DNA of 64,000 nt from an uncultured Candidatus Saccharibacteria bacterium (GCA_964436545.1 CAYTCJ010000001.1:142392-206391); one strand, 5' to 3'. Shown: positions 8,916 through 18,343, counted from the stretch's first letter. Notes: generated by a model from the letters alone, not told the origin. Program-made: numbers and translations.

Positions 8916-10130
8916 ATGACACAAAAATACAAATTTCCAGAAGGGTTTTTGTGGGGTGCGGCCTCTTCGGCGCATCAAACCGAGGGAAATAACACTAATT
9001 CCGACTGGTGGGCATGGGAAAATAGTCAAAAGCGAATAAATCAATTAAAAACTAAAGGCCTAAACCCCGAAGCTTTTAAAAGTGGAATTGCGGTTGATGC
9101 TTTTAATCGGTTTGATGAAGATTTTGCTTTGGCTAATATGCTAAAACACAATGCCACGCGGTTGTCCATTGAATGGGCCAGGATTGAACCAAAGCCCGGA
9201 GTATTTAACGAAGTAGCTTTAGAGCATTATGAGCAAGTTTTACGCTCTGCAAAATTTTATGGTTTAAAGACGTTCGTAACTTTACACCATTTTACCAATC
9301 CAATTTGGTTTGCTCAAAAAGGAGGTTTTGAGAACCGGGAAAATTTACAATATTTTATCCGCTATGCCAGTAAGATGGCAAGGCGTTTGTCGGAAAACGT
9401 AGATTTTTGGCTTACCATTAATGAACCGGAAGTTTATACTTTATTGAGTTATTGGCAAGGTGTGTTTCCGCCCCATAAAAAAAAGGTGTGGTCAGCGCTG
9501 AAGGTGGCAAAAAATTTGGTTTTGGCGCATAAGTTCGCAGTAAGAGAAATAAAATTTCATAGTCGCTCTCCGGTAAGTATGGCTTTTCACTTATCTAACG
9601 TGGTGGCAAACGGCCCAATTAGTAAGTTATTGGTAAAAATGTATAATCGTGTGTTTGGGCACTACTTTATCGATCAAACCATCAATTTTTGTGATTTTAT
9701 TGGGGTGAATTATTATTTTCAACATCAGATTGGGTGGCCAAATTTAGGAAAGTCATCCTTGAACCCAGATTTAAAAACCGATATTGGTTGGGAAATTCAT
9801 CCGGAAGGTTTAGAACCTGTGCTACTTGGTCTAAAAAAATACGAGAAACCAATATACATTACAGAGAATGGTATTGCGGATCAGCAAGATCATAAGCGTG
9901 AGCAGTTTATTAAAGAACATTTATTTTATGCTCACAAGGCCATAGCGAGCGGGGTAGATTTAAGAGGTTATTTACATTGGTCCTTAACGGATAATTTTGA
10001 ATGGGAAAAAGGTTTTGCGCCTAAGTTTGGTTTAGTTGCGGTTAATCGGGAGCAAAATTTTAAACGACAAGTGAGATTTAGTGCAATAAAATTTGCAGAA
10101 ATTTGTTGGAATAATTTTTTAGAATATTAA
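8916..10130 (+). CDS. Glycoside hydrolase family 1 (beta-glucosidase-like)
   Basis: FLWGAASSAHQTEG, TINEPEV and ITENGIAD signature motifs. Confidence 0.9.
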   Translation: MTQKYKFPEGFLWGAASSAHQTEGNNTNSDWWAWENSQKRINQLKTKGLNPEAFKSGIAVDAFNRFDEDFALANMLKHNATRLSIEWARIEPKPGVFNEVALEHYEQVLRSAKFYGLKTFVTLHHFTNPIWFAQKGGFENRENLQYFIRYASKMARRLSENVDFWLTINEPEVYTLLSYWQGVFPPHKKKVWSALKVAKNLVLAHKFAVREIKFHSRSPVSMAFHLSNVVANGPISKLLVKMYNRVFGHYFIDQTINFCDFIGVNYYFQHQIGWPNLGKSSLNPDLKTDIGWEIHPEGLEPVLLGLKKYEKPIYITENGIADQQDHKREQFIKEHLFYAHKAIASGVDLRGYLHWSLTDNFEWEKGFAPKFGLVAVNREQNFKRQVRFSAIKFAEICWNNFLEY

Positions 10131-10142
10131 AATTTCTGTATC

Positions 10143-11024
10143 ATGTTAAGTCTACTAACAATTTTACATTATTTGATTGCTGCAATTGTTGACACTTTGG
10201 ATAAATTTTTAATTTCCAAAAGAAAGATTCAGCCCGTGGCTTATACTTTTTGGAGCGTGATTACAGGTTTAGGAATTTTGGCAGTTTGGCCGTGGGTGTA
10301 CGAAAAAATTAGTTTAGGGCAAATGGGCCTAGACTTACTTTCGGGCGTGTTATTTAGTTTGGCCTTATATGTATTTTTAAAAGCCTTGTCCCAAGGTGAA
10401 GTTTCTCGAGTAATTCCGTTTATATTCGGGTTAGTACCCATATTTGATTTGCTGATTGGAAAAATTGTGGGACAAAATGCTTTATTCAGCCAAGAAATTT
10501 CGGCTATCTGTTTATTGGTACCCGGAGCCTTGATTATTTCCTACAAACCAAATTTTTGGGGAAAGCATTTGGTATTAAAGACCATGTCTGCCTTTTTGTG
10601 GAGCTGTAATTTTGCTTTGTGGCAATTTGTTGCCAAAACCGGAAATACGTTTAACCATTTTATGTTTAATCGGTTAGGGGCGGCCGGAATTTTAATTTTG
10701 TTTTTGGTTTGGCCGTACTACCGAACTTTGGTTTTTAAAAGAGAAACGGAAAGTAAACGTAAAGGCACAGTTGGTTTGTTTTTATTTAAACAAGTTTTGG
10801 GCGGGGCGAATATGATTTTTTTCAGTTGGTTGATTGTAGTGGGTAAAATTCCGTTGGTAAATGCTTTGCAGGGGTTTAGGTATGTGTTTTTATTCTTAGG
10901 AGCGTTATTCCTAAGTAAGAAAATGAAGCATTTATTAGAAGAAGATATTACTTCTAAAGTGGTAATGCAAAAAGTATGTGGGTTAGTTTTGATTATTTTA
11001 GGCACATTAGTATTATTTTTATAA
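10143..11024 (+). CDS. Integral membrane protein (DMT/EamA-like, ~9 TM)
   Basis: Hydrophobicity pattern only. Confidence 0.5.
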   Translation: MLSLLTILHYLIAAIVDTLDKFLISKRKIQPVAYTFWSVITGLGILAVWPWVYEKISLGQMGLDLLSGVLFSLALYVFLKALSQGEVSRVIPFIFGLVPIFDLLIGKIVGQNALFSQEISAICLLVPGALIISYKPNFWGKHLVLKTMSAFLWSCNFALWQFVAKTGNTFNHFMFNRLGAAGILILFLVWPYYRTLVFKRETESKRKGTVGLFLFKQVLGGANMIFFSWLIVVGKIPLVNALQGFRYVFLFLGALFLSKKMKHLLEEDITSKVVMQKVCGLVLIILGTLVLFL

Positions 11025-11028
11025 TCAA

Positions 11029-11189
11029 GGACCTACGCTCTTGCCACTTTAGACTTGGCAGAGCCAAGCCCTTAAAGTGGCTTTGGTCAATTTCTTCGTT
11101 AAAATACTGTGGTTTTTGTCGCCGTAGCTCCACTACGCCTCCAAAAATCCTCGTATTTTGCCTAGAAATTGCCTCAAAAGCGTAAGTCC
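11029..11189 (+). mobile_element. MITE-like structured repeat, copy A (subfamily 1), TIR GGACYTACGC/GCGTAAGTCC
   Basis: Near-identical to copy D; immediately 3' of the stop codon of the preceding + strand gene. Confidence 0.7.
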
Positions 11190-11193
11190 TGAT

Positions 11194-11240
11194 AATAAAG
11201 AATACGGACTTCTGGGACATTCCCAGAAGTCCGTATTCTG
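11194..11240. terminator. Perfect 19-bp palindrome GAATACGGACTTCTGGGA-CAT-TCCCAGAAGTCCGTATTC
   Basis: Seen directly. Confidence 0.5.
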
Positions 11241-11251
11241 GGGGAATATGA

Positions 11252-12232
11252 ATGAAAAAAAATTTGTTAAAATTATTGATTGGTTTTGTGGTAATTTTGG
11301 TTTTTTTATCTTTCTACGCCGGCAAAAAGGCTAAAACAATTGTTTACGGGATTACTTTTAGTCCTTACCAAGCAATTGAGTTAGGTTTAGATTGGCGGGC
11401 AACTTATTTGGCGCTTTTAGATGAAGTTGGCGTTAAACATTTGCGCTTGAGTGCGTATTGGAACCGAGTAGAGCCAAAGGCCGGCGAGTTTGATTGGACC
11501 GATTTGGATTTTCAAATTCAAGAAGCGCAAAAGCGAAAGGCGCAAATTGTTTTAGCCGTAGGCCGGCGTTTACCACGTTGGCCGGAGTGTCATGACCCAG
11601 AATGGCTTGCCAAAAAAGATTTTGCCCCAAGTTTAATGGCTTATGTGGAAGCGGTGGTGAATCGTTATAAAAATAATCCGGCGGTGGTTATGTGGCAGGT
11701 GGAGAACGAAGCCTTTCATTCGGTGTTTGGCATTTGTCCTAAATTAGACACCGCTTTGTTCGATAAAGAGATTGCTTTGGTAAAACAGTTAGACCCCGGC
11801 CGGCCCGTAGTCATTACCGATAGTGGCGAATTATCTTTGTGGCTGAAAGCTGGAAAAAGAGGCGATGCGTTTGGCTCTACTTTGTATCGGCACGTATTTT
11901 CCGATGTGTTTAACCGTTATTGGATAAACTATAATCCGTATTGGCTTTATCGGGCAAAAGGTGGTTTAATGAAATTATTGAATGGAAAAAAAGAATTAAT
12001 GATTATTGAGCTTCAGGCCGAACCCTGGACTACTAAGGGAATTTTAGGCACCTCCATTGAAGAGCAGTTTAAAACCATGAGTATGGAAAAGTTTAAAACC
12101 ATACTTTCCGTAGGCAAAGCGATTGGTTTTGAAAAACAGTATTTATGGGGTGGGGAATGGTGGTATTGGATGAAGCAAAACGGGCACCCGGAATTCTGGG
12201 AAACAGCAAGAATATTAATGAACAAAAATTAA
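11252..12232 (+). CDS. Membrane-anchored TIM-barrel glycoside hydrolase (GH5/GH113/GH42-like)
   Basis: N-terminal TM segment; WQVENE motif with catalytic Glu. Confidence 0.6.
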   Translation: MKKNLLKLLIGFVVILVFLSFYAGKKAKTIVYGITFSPYQAIELGLDWRATYLALLDEVGVKHLRLSAYWNRVEPKAGEFDWTDLDFQIQEAQKRKAQIVLAVGRRLPRWPECHDPEWLAKKDFAPSLMAYVEAVVNRYKNNPAVVMWQVENEAFHSVFGICPKLDTALFDKEIALVKQLDPGRPVVITDSGELSLWLKAGKRGDAFGSTLYRHVFSDVFNRYWINYNPYWLYRAKGGLMKLLNGKKELMIIELQAEPWTTKGILGTSIEEQFKTMSMEKFKTILSVGKAIGFEKQYLWGGEWWYWMKQNGHPEFWETARILMNKN

Positions 12233-12239
12233 AAAATTA

Positions 12240-12400
12240 GGACTTCCGCTCTTGCCACTTAAACTTCGGCAGAGCCGAAGTTCTAAAGTGGCTTTGGTCA
12301 ATTTCTTCGTTAAAATGCTCCGTTATTTGTCGCCGTAGCAAAACTACGGCTCCAAATATACTCGCATTTTGCCTCGAACTTGACTCAAAAGCGTAAGTCC
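12240..12400 (+). mobile_element. MITE-like structured repeat, copy B (subfamily 2)
   Basis: 161 bp, 1 mismatch to copy C; directly follows a stop codon. Confidence 0.7.
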
Positions 12401-12483
12401 TAAAATGACAAAAACGACGAAAGCTTTGTCTATTAGTAGCATACTTTTTGTCAATTTTGTTCATTTGTGTAAATTTTGTCAAT

Positions 12484-13245
12484 ATGAATAACATTGTTGG
12501 TTTGGATATTGGCGGAACTAAAATCAATGGCGTGGTGGTTAGTGGAAAAACCATTTTACAAGAACTTACAGTGGCAACCCCCAAAAGTTGGCCGGAATTT
12601 AAAGTTGCCATTAAAGCCATGGTTAAGCAGTTAAATGCAGGGTATAAAATTTTCGCAGTGGGAGTAGGGATCCCTGGGGCAATAAATAACCACGGCAAAG
12701 TGCTTTATGCTCCCAACTTACCCTATTTAGTCAACCGAAATTTATTAGGTTTTTTACAAACCTTAAGCGTTAAAAAGATAAGTATTGAGAACGATGCCAA
12801 CTGTTTTGCTTTGGCGGAAGCTTATTTGGGGCAAGGACAAGGTTTAAAAAATTTTATAGGCATAACTTTGGGCACGGGGATTGGCGGAGGTTTAATTTCC
12901 AATGGGCAACTGTATGTTGGATTGCATGGGAGCGCATGCGAAGTCGGGCATATGATGGCAGACGAGCGCAATACCTATGAGGAATTATTCCAAATTTATC
13001 GGGAACAAAATAATTATTCGGCTTTGGGGAAATTATTAGGCCGACTGTGGGCGGATATTTATAACTTAATAGATGTGGAAGCGATTATTTTAGGCGGGAG
13101 TGTAACCAAATCCGCCAATCAATTTTTGGCTTATGCTTTGGCGGAATCACAACAGAGAATTTTAAATAAGCGTATCCGGCCCAAAATAATTATTTCTAAA
13201 TTAAATAATGCCGGCTCTTTAGGCGCGGCATTATTACCTTTATAG
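12484..13245 (+). CDS. ROK-family sugar kinase (glucokinase-like)
   Basis: IVGLDIGGTK; DANCFALAEAYLGQG; GSACEVGH. Confidence 0.85.
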   Translation: MNNIVGLDIGGTKINGVVVSGKTILQELTVATPKSWPEFKVAIKAMVKQLNAGYKIFAVGVGIPGAINNHGKVLYAPNLPYLVNRNLLGFLQTLSVKKISIENDANCFALAEAYLGQGQGLKNFIGITLGTGIGGGLISNGQLYVGLHGSACEVGHMMADERNTYEELFQIYREQNNYSALGKLLGRLWADIYNLIDVEAIILGGSVTKSANQFLAYALAESQQRILNKRIRPKIIISKLNNAGSLGAALLPL

Positions 13246-13405
13246 GACTTCCGCTCTTGCCACTTAAACTTCGGCAGAGCCGAAGTTCTAAAGTGGCTTT
13301 GGTCAATTTCTTCGTTAAAATGCTCCGTTATTTGTCGCCGTAGCAAAACTACGGCTCCAAATATACTCGCATTTTGTCTCGAACTTGACTCAAAAGCGTA
13401 AGTCC
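13245..13405 (+). mobile_element. MITE-like structured repeat, copy C (subfamily 2)
   Basis: Its first base is shared with the TAG stop of the ROK kinase. Confidence 0.7.
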
Positions 13406-13428
13406 TACTTTGTTAAAAAAAATAGGGT

Positions 13429-14136
13429 TTATTTCTCTTCGTCATCTTCATCCTCATCATCTTCATCTTCTTCTTCGTCATCTTCATTGTCGTCGGATGT
13501 GGGCTCATGAGCAGTCTGGTCCACAAGCGGTTGGTCGGATACGGGAGGTTGAGTGGGCGGAGTATCGGAAGGATTTAAGTCCGGTAAGGGGTTTTCCGGA
13601 TTAAAGATTTGACTTTCGGGCAATTTGATTTGCGCGACTAATTTTTCGAATTCGGGTAAGTCTGCTGTGGAGTTAAGGCCCATGTGGGATAAAAATTCGG
13701 TAGTGGTTTGGTAGACAAAACTTCTGGCATCGTTTAAGCTGGGAGTTTTTTCTATTAAGCCACGCATAAGTAAATGTCGTATGCTGTATTGGGAATTTAC
13801 TCCTCTAATGGCTTCAATTTCAGCTTTGGAAATGGGTTGTCTGTAGGCAATAATGCCCAAAACTTCCACGCTGGCATCGGTAAGTTTTTCTCTAAGCTCA
13901 GCGTTTAAAAAGTTTTTAACCACAGTGGAGTTTTCCGCGTTGGTCGCCATTTGGTATTCGCCGTTATTGTCTAAAATGACTACTCCGGAATTTTGTTTGC
14001 CGGCAATTAGGGTTTGTAGGGCCGGTTGAATAACTTCTGCCGGTTGGTCCAATAATTTGGAAAAATCCTTTACACTTAAAGGTTTACTGGAAACAAACAA
14101 CAGACTTTCAATTATTGAGGGAAGATTGTTGGACAT
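13429..14136 (-). CDS. scpB: Segregation and condensation protein B with a Pro-rich and poly-acidic C-terminal tail
   Basis: IESLLFVS start; tandem winged-helix pattern; tail DDNEDDEEEDEDDEDEDDEEK. Confidence 0.8.
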   Translation of the reverse strand: MSNNLPSIIESLLFVSSKPLSVKDFSKLLDQPAEVIQPALQTLIAGKQNSGVVILDNNGEYQMATNAENSTVVKNFLNAELREKLTDASVEVLGIIAYRQPISKAEIEAIRGVNSQYSIRHLLMRGLIEKTPSLNDARSFVYQTTTEFLSHMGLNSTADLPEFEKLVAQIKLPESQIFNPENPLPDLNPSDTPPTQPPVSDQPLVDQTAHEPTSDDNEDDEEEDEDDEDEDDEEK

Positions 14137-14149
14137 AAAAATAATAATA

Positions 14150-14386
14150 CTATTTTAATTTTAACATAATATATAAACCTAAAGCGATTAAACCAAAACT
14201 GTAAAGTAAAATGGTGGGTTTGGGGCCAAAAAAATTTTTTTCCACACCGGTTGGTTTTTCGGGCAGTTTTACCCAGCCATTGTTTATCAGCCAGCCCAGC
14301 GTGGCTTGGTTTACGGAATTTATGGCTAACGAACCATAAACAATTCCACTAATAATTAAGATTAATCCGATGGTGATTGAATTCAT
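14150..14386 (-). CDS. Small membrane protein (78 aa)
   Basis: Two hydrophobic helices. Confidence 0.4.
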   Translation of the reverse strand: MNSITIGLILIISGIVYGSLAINSVNQATLGWLINNGWVKLPEKPTGVEKNFFGPKPTILLYSFGLIALGLYIMLKLK

Positions 14387-14401
14387 TGGTTGGTAATCGG
14401 T

Positions 14402-15103
14402 TTACGTTTGTTTTTTTATAACTACTTCGGCAAATAAGGTTTCTTGCTCGGCGCTGAATAACCGCTGTTTAATTAATTCCAGTAAGGCTAAAAAAGTTAC
14501 AATAATTTCGTCTTTATTCTTGGCTTGGCTGATTAAATCGCTTAACTTGGTTTCAATTTGAGAGGAAAGTTGACCTTGCAAGTGGTCAATTTTTTCTTGA
14601 ATGGAAATGGCTTCTTTAATTTTAGCTTTGGGCAGATTATCCAGCTCTTTAAGTGCGGATAAGATTTTTAGAATGCTTTTGTGTAAAGTTTCGGCCGAAA
14701 CGGAAGGATCGGGAAAAAAGTTAATTTTTTCTTCAAAGGTTAGAATCCTGCCCCAGCTTTGTCTGCGTTTGTTGTCTTGATGTTTTAAAAATTTGGCAAC
14801 TTCTTTAAATTGTTTATAGAGCAATAATTTACCTTCCAAATCAACTCCCGGATCTTCTTCTTCGGTAGTAATTTCTAAAGTGGGGAGAATGGCTTTGGAT
14901 TTAATTACCAAAAGTTTGGCAGCAATAGCTAAGTAATCGGCTAAGGTGGTTGGGTCAATGTCTTTAAGTTGTTTAATGTATTGCAAAAATTGCTCGGTAA
15001 CGTCTGCCAGAGCAATGGTGGTAATGTCCAATTGTCTTTGTTCAATTAAACTTAGCAGTAAATCCAACGGGCCTTCAAAGTGTTTGGTTTTGGTGTGAAG
15101 CAT
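14402..15103 (-). CDS. scpA: Segregation and condensation protein A
   Basis: FEGPLDLLLSLIEQRQLDITTIALADVTEQFLQY. Confidence 0.85.
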   Translation of the reverse strand: MLHTKTKHFEGPLDLLLSLIEQRQLDITTIALADVTEQFLQYIKQLKDIDPTTLADYLAIAAKLLVIKSKAILPTLEITTEEEDPGVDLEGKLLLYKQFKEVAKFLKHQDNKRRQSWGRILTFEEKINFFPDPSVSAETLHKSILKILSALKELDNLPKAKIKEAISIQEKIDHLQGQLSSQIETKLSDLISQAKNKDEIIVTFLALLELIKQRLFSAEQETLFAEVVIKKQT

Positions 15104-15110
15104 GCTTTTG

Positions 15111-15518
15111 TCTTGTCATCCCGTCCGCCAGCTGGCGGATTGATGCGGGATCCAGTTTATTTGATCAAGTTATTATATAAGTCTTGCCATTCAGGATTTT
15201 GTTTTTCAATTAAATCCAATTTCCATTTTCTTTTCCACTTTTTAAGCTGTTTTTCTCTTTCAATCGCAGATATTACTTCATTAGTTTGTTCATAATATAC
15301 TAAGGTGTGACATTTGTATCTCTTTGTAAAACCATCTGCTAAATTGTTTTTGTGTTGCCATGTTCTTTTTATTAAATCATTTGTGATCCCAATGTACAAA
15401 GTGCCGTTTCTTTTGCTTGCCATAATATATACATAGTAGTTTTTTTGATTTTTATACTTCATTGGGTGTTTTGTGTCTGGATCCCGCATCTCGGATGCAC
15501 TCGTGCGGGATGACAAGA
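15111..15518 (-). mobile_element. Inverted-repeat-bounded element carrying a small GIY-YIG nuclease ORF
   Basis: Ends 15111-15155 and 15477-15518 share TCTTGTCATCCCG...GATGCGGGATCCAG in inverted orientation; each end is also an internal hairpin. Confidence 0.65.
15157..15462 (-). CDS. GIY-YIG (UPF0213/COG2827-like) nuclease, ~101 aa
   Basis: YYVYIMASKRNGTLYIGITNDLIKRTWQHKNN...YYEQ; the ORF as listed extends to 15567 through the right repeat. Confidence 0.75.
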   Translation of the reverse strand: MKYKNQKNYYVYIMASKRNGTLYIGITNDLIKRTWQHKNNLADGFTKRYKCHTLVYYEQTNEVISAIEREKQLKKWKRKWKLDLIEKQNPEWQDLYNNLIK

Positions 15519-15541
15519 AGGACAAGGAAGGGAGCTGGTAG

Positions 15542-16048
15542 TTATCGTTTTGTTTTTGAGAAAACACCCTTTATAGGTAAAACCAACTTCTCAAAATCTT
15601 TCATTGATAACTCAAAGCTGTCAGTATAAGAGCCGGCAGATGAAATAAGTTTTTTGCTCTTGGACATTCCTTTATCTAACAAGGTTTTAACATTATATTG
15701 ACTCCCAAACGGGTGTAAAAGGCCAATTTTAGTTTTTAGTTTTGCTTTAATTTCCTTTTCTGTGGCGAGGCTGACCTTTTTTGCCTTTAGAGCGGTTTTA
15801 ATTCCTTTTAAATCTAAATATTTACCTGCTGGCAGAACAATTAAAACAAAGTCTTTATCTGCACGCACTAAAACCACCTTAGCAATGTCGCTAAGTTTTC
15901 GTTTAGTGGTTTGGGCTAAATCGTGCGCCGTATACACGACTTTGTGTTTAAGTAAATTATACTTAACTTTGGTTTTATCTAAGAATTTGGTTAAATCGTT
16001 AGACAGTTTGGTGATTTTTGGATTTTTTTTCTTCATATTTTTTTTCAA
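15542..16048 (-). CDS. YbaK/ProX-like aminoacyl-tRNA deacylase domain protein
   Basis: Length and pattern: VKYNLLKH...TAHDLAQ, GLLHPFG. Confidence 0.6.
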   Translation of the reverse strand: MKKNMKKKNPKITKLSNDLTKFLDKTKVKYNLLKHKVVYTAHDLAQTTKRKLSDIAKVVLVRADKDFVLIVLPAGKYLDLKGIKTALKAKKVSLATEKEIKAKLKTKIGLLHPFGSQYNVKTLLDKGMSKSKKLISSAGSYTDSFELSMKDFEKLVLPIKGVFSKTKR

Positions 16049-16301
16049 TTTTTTTACCTATTAAATATAGTAAGGTCATATTTATTAACATAGGAATTAT
16101 AGTTACTAAAACTATTCCAACCTGATAAGGGATATTTGGGAATATAGAATAGAGTGGGCCTGAAATAAAAGACATAAAAAAACTCCATGGTAAAGTTAGT
16201 GTGCCAACAAAAAGCAATATCCCCATCGGCAGAGCAAAGACAAAGTAAATGGTCAAAATAAAATAAATAAGTGGCAGGATAATTTTCCAATGAAGTTTCA
16301 T
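15999..16301 (-). CDS. Small membrane protein (100 aa, 3 TM)
   Basis: Hydrophobic ORF. Confidence 0.35.
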   Translation of the reverse strand: MKLHWKIILPLIYFILTIYFVFALPMGILLFVGTLTLPWSFFMSFISGPLYSIFPNIPYQVGIVLVTIIPMLINMTLLYLIGKKIEKKYEEKKSKNHQTV

Positions 16302-16373
16302 ATTTGTTGTTTTTGGTATATCTTTGAATATCTATGTATATTAGGACATATAGGACTAATTAGACGAATAAGA

Positions 16374-18212
16374 CTATTTATCTTTTAATTTCGGTAGATC
16401 CAACTTTATATGCAATTCTTTAAGTTGTTTTTCTTCCACAGTTCCGGGGGCGGACATCATTACATCTTCGGCACTGCCATTTTTAGGAAAAGCAATAACT
16501 TCTCTAATGTTATTTTCGTTCTCTAAGAGCATTAACAGTCTGTCTATCCCTGGCGCAAAACCGCCGTGTGGGGGTGCGCCGTATTCAAACGCACGAATCA
16601 TCCCGCCAAATTTTTCATCTACAGTTTTTTTGTCATAACCGACCAGTTCAAAGGCTTTATACATAATTTCCGGTTTGTAGTTGCGAATGGCGCCACTGGA
16701 AAGCTCGAGGCCATTGGCAATAATGTCGTATTGGTAAGCTTTAATAGTTAACGGATCGTGGTTGGTTAAAGCTTCCAGTCCGCCTTGAGGCATAGAAAAT
16801 GGATTGTGCATAAAATCCAATTTGCCTTCTTTATTCAGTTCATACATAGGAAAATCGGTAATCCACGCCCAAGCAATTAGGTTGGGATCTTTTAGATTAA
16901 ACAGATCACCCAAATGATGGCGAAGTTTGCCTAAAACTTTGTTAACCACTTCGCGACTGTCAGCCCCAAAGAAAATTATGTCGCCGGTTTGGGCTTGGGT
17001 TTTGGAAATTATTACTTGAGTTTCGTCTGGAGAGAGAAACTTAAGAATGGGGGAACGTAATTTTATTCCATCAACTATCACCCCTCCCTGACCCTCCCCA
17101 TCAGATGGGAGGGAATTATTTTCGCATACAATATACGCCAGACCGCCGGCGCCTTCTTTTTTAACAAATTCGGTAAGGTCATCAATTTGCGAGCGGGTGA
17201 GTTTGGCTCCACCTTTACAGCAAATCGCTTTTACCGCTCCACCACTTTTTAAGGCATTACCAAATACGCTAAAGCCGGTGGTTTTAAGCTCAGCCGATAA
17301 ATCTATAAGTTTCATTTCAAATCTTAAGTCCGGTCTGTCACTCCCGTATTCTTCCATAGCTGTAAGGTAGGGTAGGCGAGGAAAAGGTTTTTGCAAACAT
17401 TTTTTTTGCGCAAATTCTTCGGTGAGTTTAATAAACAAAGGTTCCATTTCGTTAAAGACCACCTCGTCTTTGTCCGCAAACGCAATTTCTAAATCTAATT
17501 GATAAAATTCACCCGGACTGCGGTCGGCTCTGGGGTCTTCGTCTCTAAAACAGGGTGCAATTTGAAAATATTTTGGCACTCCGCTTACCATTAACAATTG
17601 CTTAAATTGTTGAGGGGCTTGCGGGAGAGCGTAAAATTTTCCCGGGTGCAGGCGGGAAGGCACTAAATAGTCGCGGGCGCCTTCCGGACTGCTGGAGGTT
17701 AAAATGGGCGTGGTAATTTCTATAAAGCCTTGGGCATCCATCCAGTCGCGAATGAATTTAATCATTTTATGCCTTTTAAAGAGCATGGTTTGCATTTTTT
17801 CTCTTCGCAAATCCAAAAAGCGATATTTGAGACGAATGTCCTCGTTGGCTAATTGGTTTTGTTCGCCATGTCCGTGGGCGACCTGAAAGGGGAGGGGCTT
17901 TGAGGAATTTAAAAGTTGTAAGTTGTAAGTTGTAAGTTCTATGTTCCCAGTGGGAAGATTTGGATTTTTGGTTGCATCACTACGTTCTACCACTTGACCA
18001 TCTACTCTAATAACAAATTCATCTCTACATTTATCAGCCACAGAAAAAGCCTCAGCTTGGTCCGGATGAATGGCTAATTGGACCAAACCAGTATGATCTC
18101 TAAGATCAATAAAAATAACGCCTCCGTGGTCTCTTCGGGAGTTTACCCAACCGGATAAACTAACGGTTTGACCAACAAGCTTTGGCGTTTCTATGCAAAG
18201 TGTTCTTTTCAT
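16374..18212 (-). CDS. aspS: Aspartyl-tRNA synthetase
   Basis: GGVIFIDLRDHTGLVQ; FRDEDPRADRSPGEFYQLDLE; GGAPPHGGFAPGIDRLLMLL. Confidence 0.95.
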   Translation of the reverse strand: MKRTLCIETPKLVGQTVSLSGWVNSRRDHGGVIFIDLRDHTGLVQLAIHPDQAEAFSVADKCRDEFVIRVDGQVVERSDATKNPNLPTGNIELTTYNLQLLNSSKPLPFQVAHGHGEQNQLANEDIRLKYRFLDLRREKMQTMLFKRHKMIKFIRDWMDAQGFIEITTPILTSSSPEGARDYLVPSRLHPGKFYALPQAPQQFKQLLMVSGVPKYFQIAPCFRDEDPRADRSPGEFYQLDLEIAFADKDEVVFNEMEPLFIKLTEEFAQKKCLQKPFPRLPYLTAMEEYGSDRPDLRFEMKLIDLSAELKTTGFSVFGNALKSGGAVKAICCKGGAKLTRSQIDDLTEFVKKEGAGGLAYIVCENNSLPSDGEGQGGVIVDGIKLRSPILKFLSPDETQVIISKTQAQTGDIIFFGADSREVVNKVLGKLRHHLGDLFNLKDPNLIAWAWITDFPMYELNKEGKLDFMHNPFSMPQGGLEALTNHDPLTIKAYQYDIIANGLELSSGAIRNYKPEIMYKAFELVGYDKKTVDEKFGGMIRAFEYGAPPHGGFAPGIDRLLMLLENENNIREVIAFPKNGSAEDVMMSAPGTVEEKQLKELHIKLDLPKLKDK

Positions 18213-18343
18213 ATGATTTATTGTAACCGATAGACAGTCGGCACAAAGTTAATAATTAAAATTATTATAACAAAAACGTTAATTTTTGCCAAATTGTTTT
18301 GATTGAAATATAATATTCAAGTTAATTAAAAAATAAAGATTAA

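Noticed and set aside
8683-8922. 79-aa ORF (-) between tRNA-Glu and the GH1 gene
   Set aside because: It is AT-rich promoter-like sequence with a low-complexity translation and overlaps the GH1 start region.
10993-13346. ORFs 10993..11220(-), 12237..12698(-) and 13131..13346(-)
   Set aside because: They run antisense through copies of the ~160-bp MITE-like repeat and give near-identical translations at different loci. They are artefacts of repeated sequence.
13410-13604. 64-aa His/Leu-rich ORF (+)
   Set aside because: It is antisense to the poly-acidic tail of scpB and arises from the repetitive GAA/GAT codon run.
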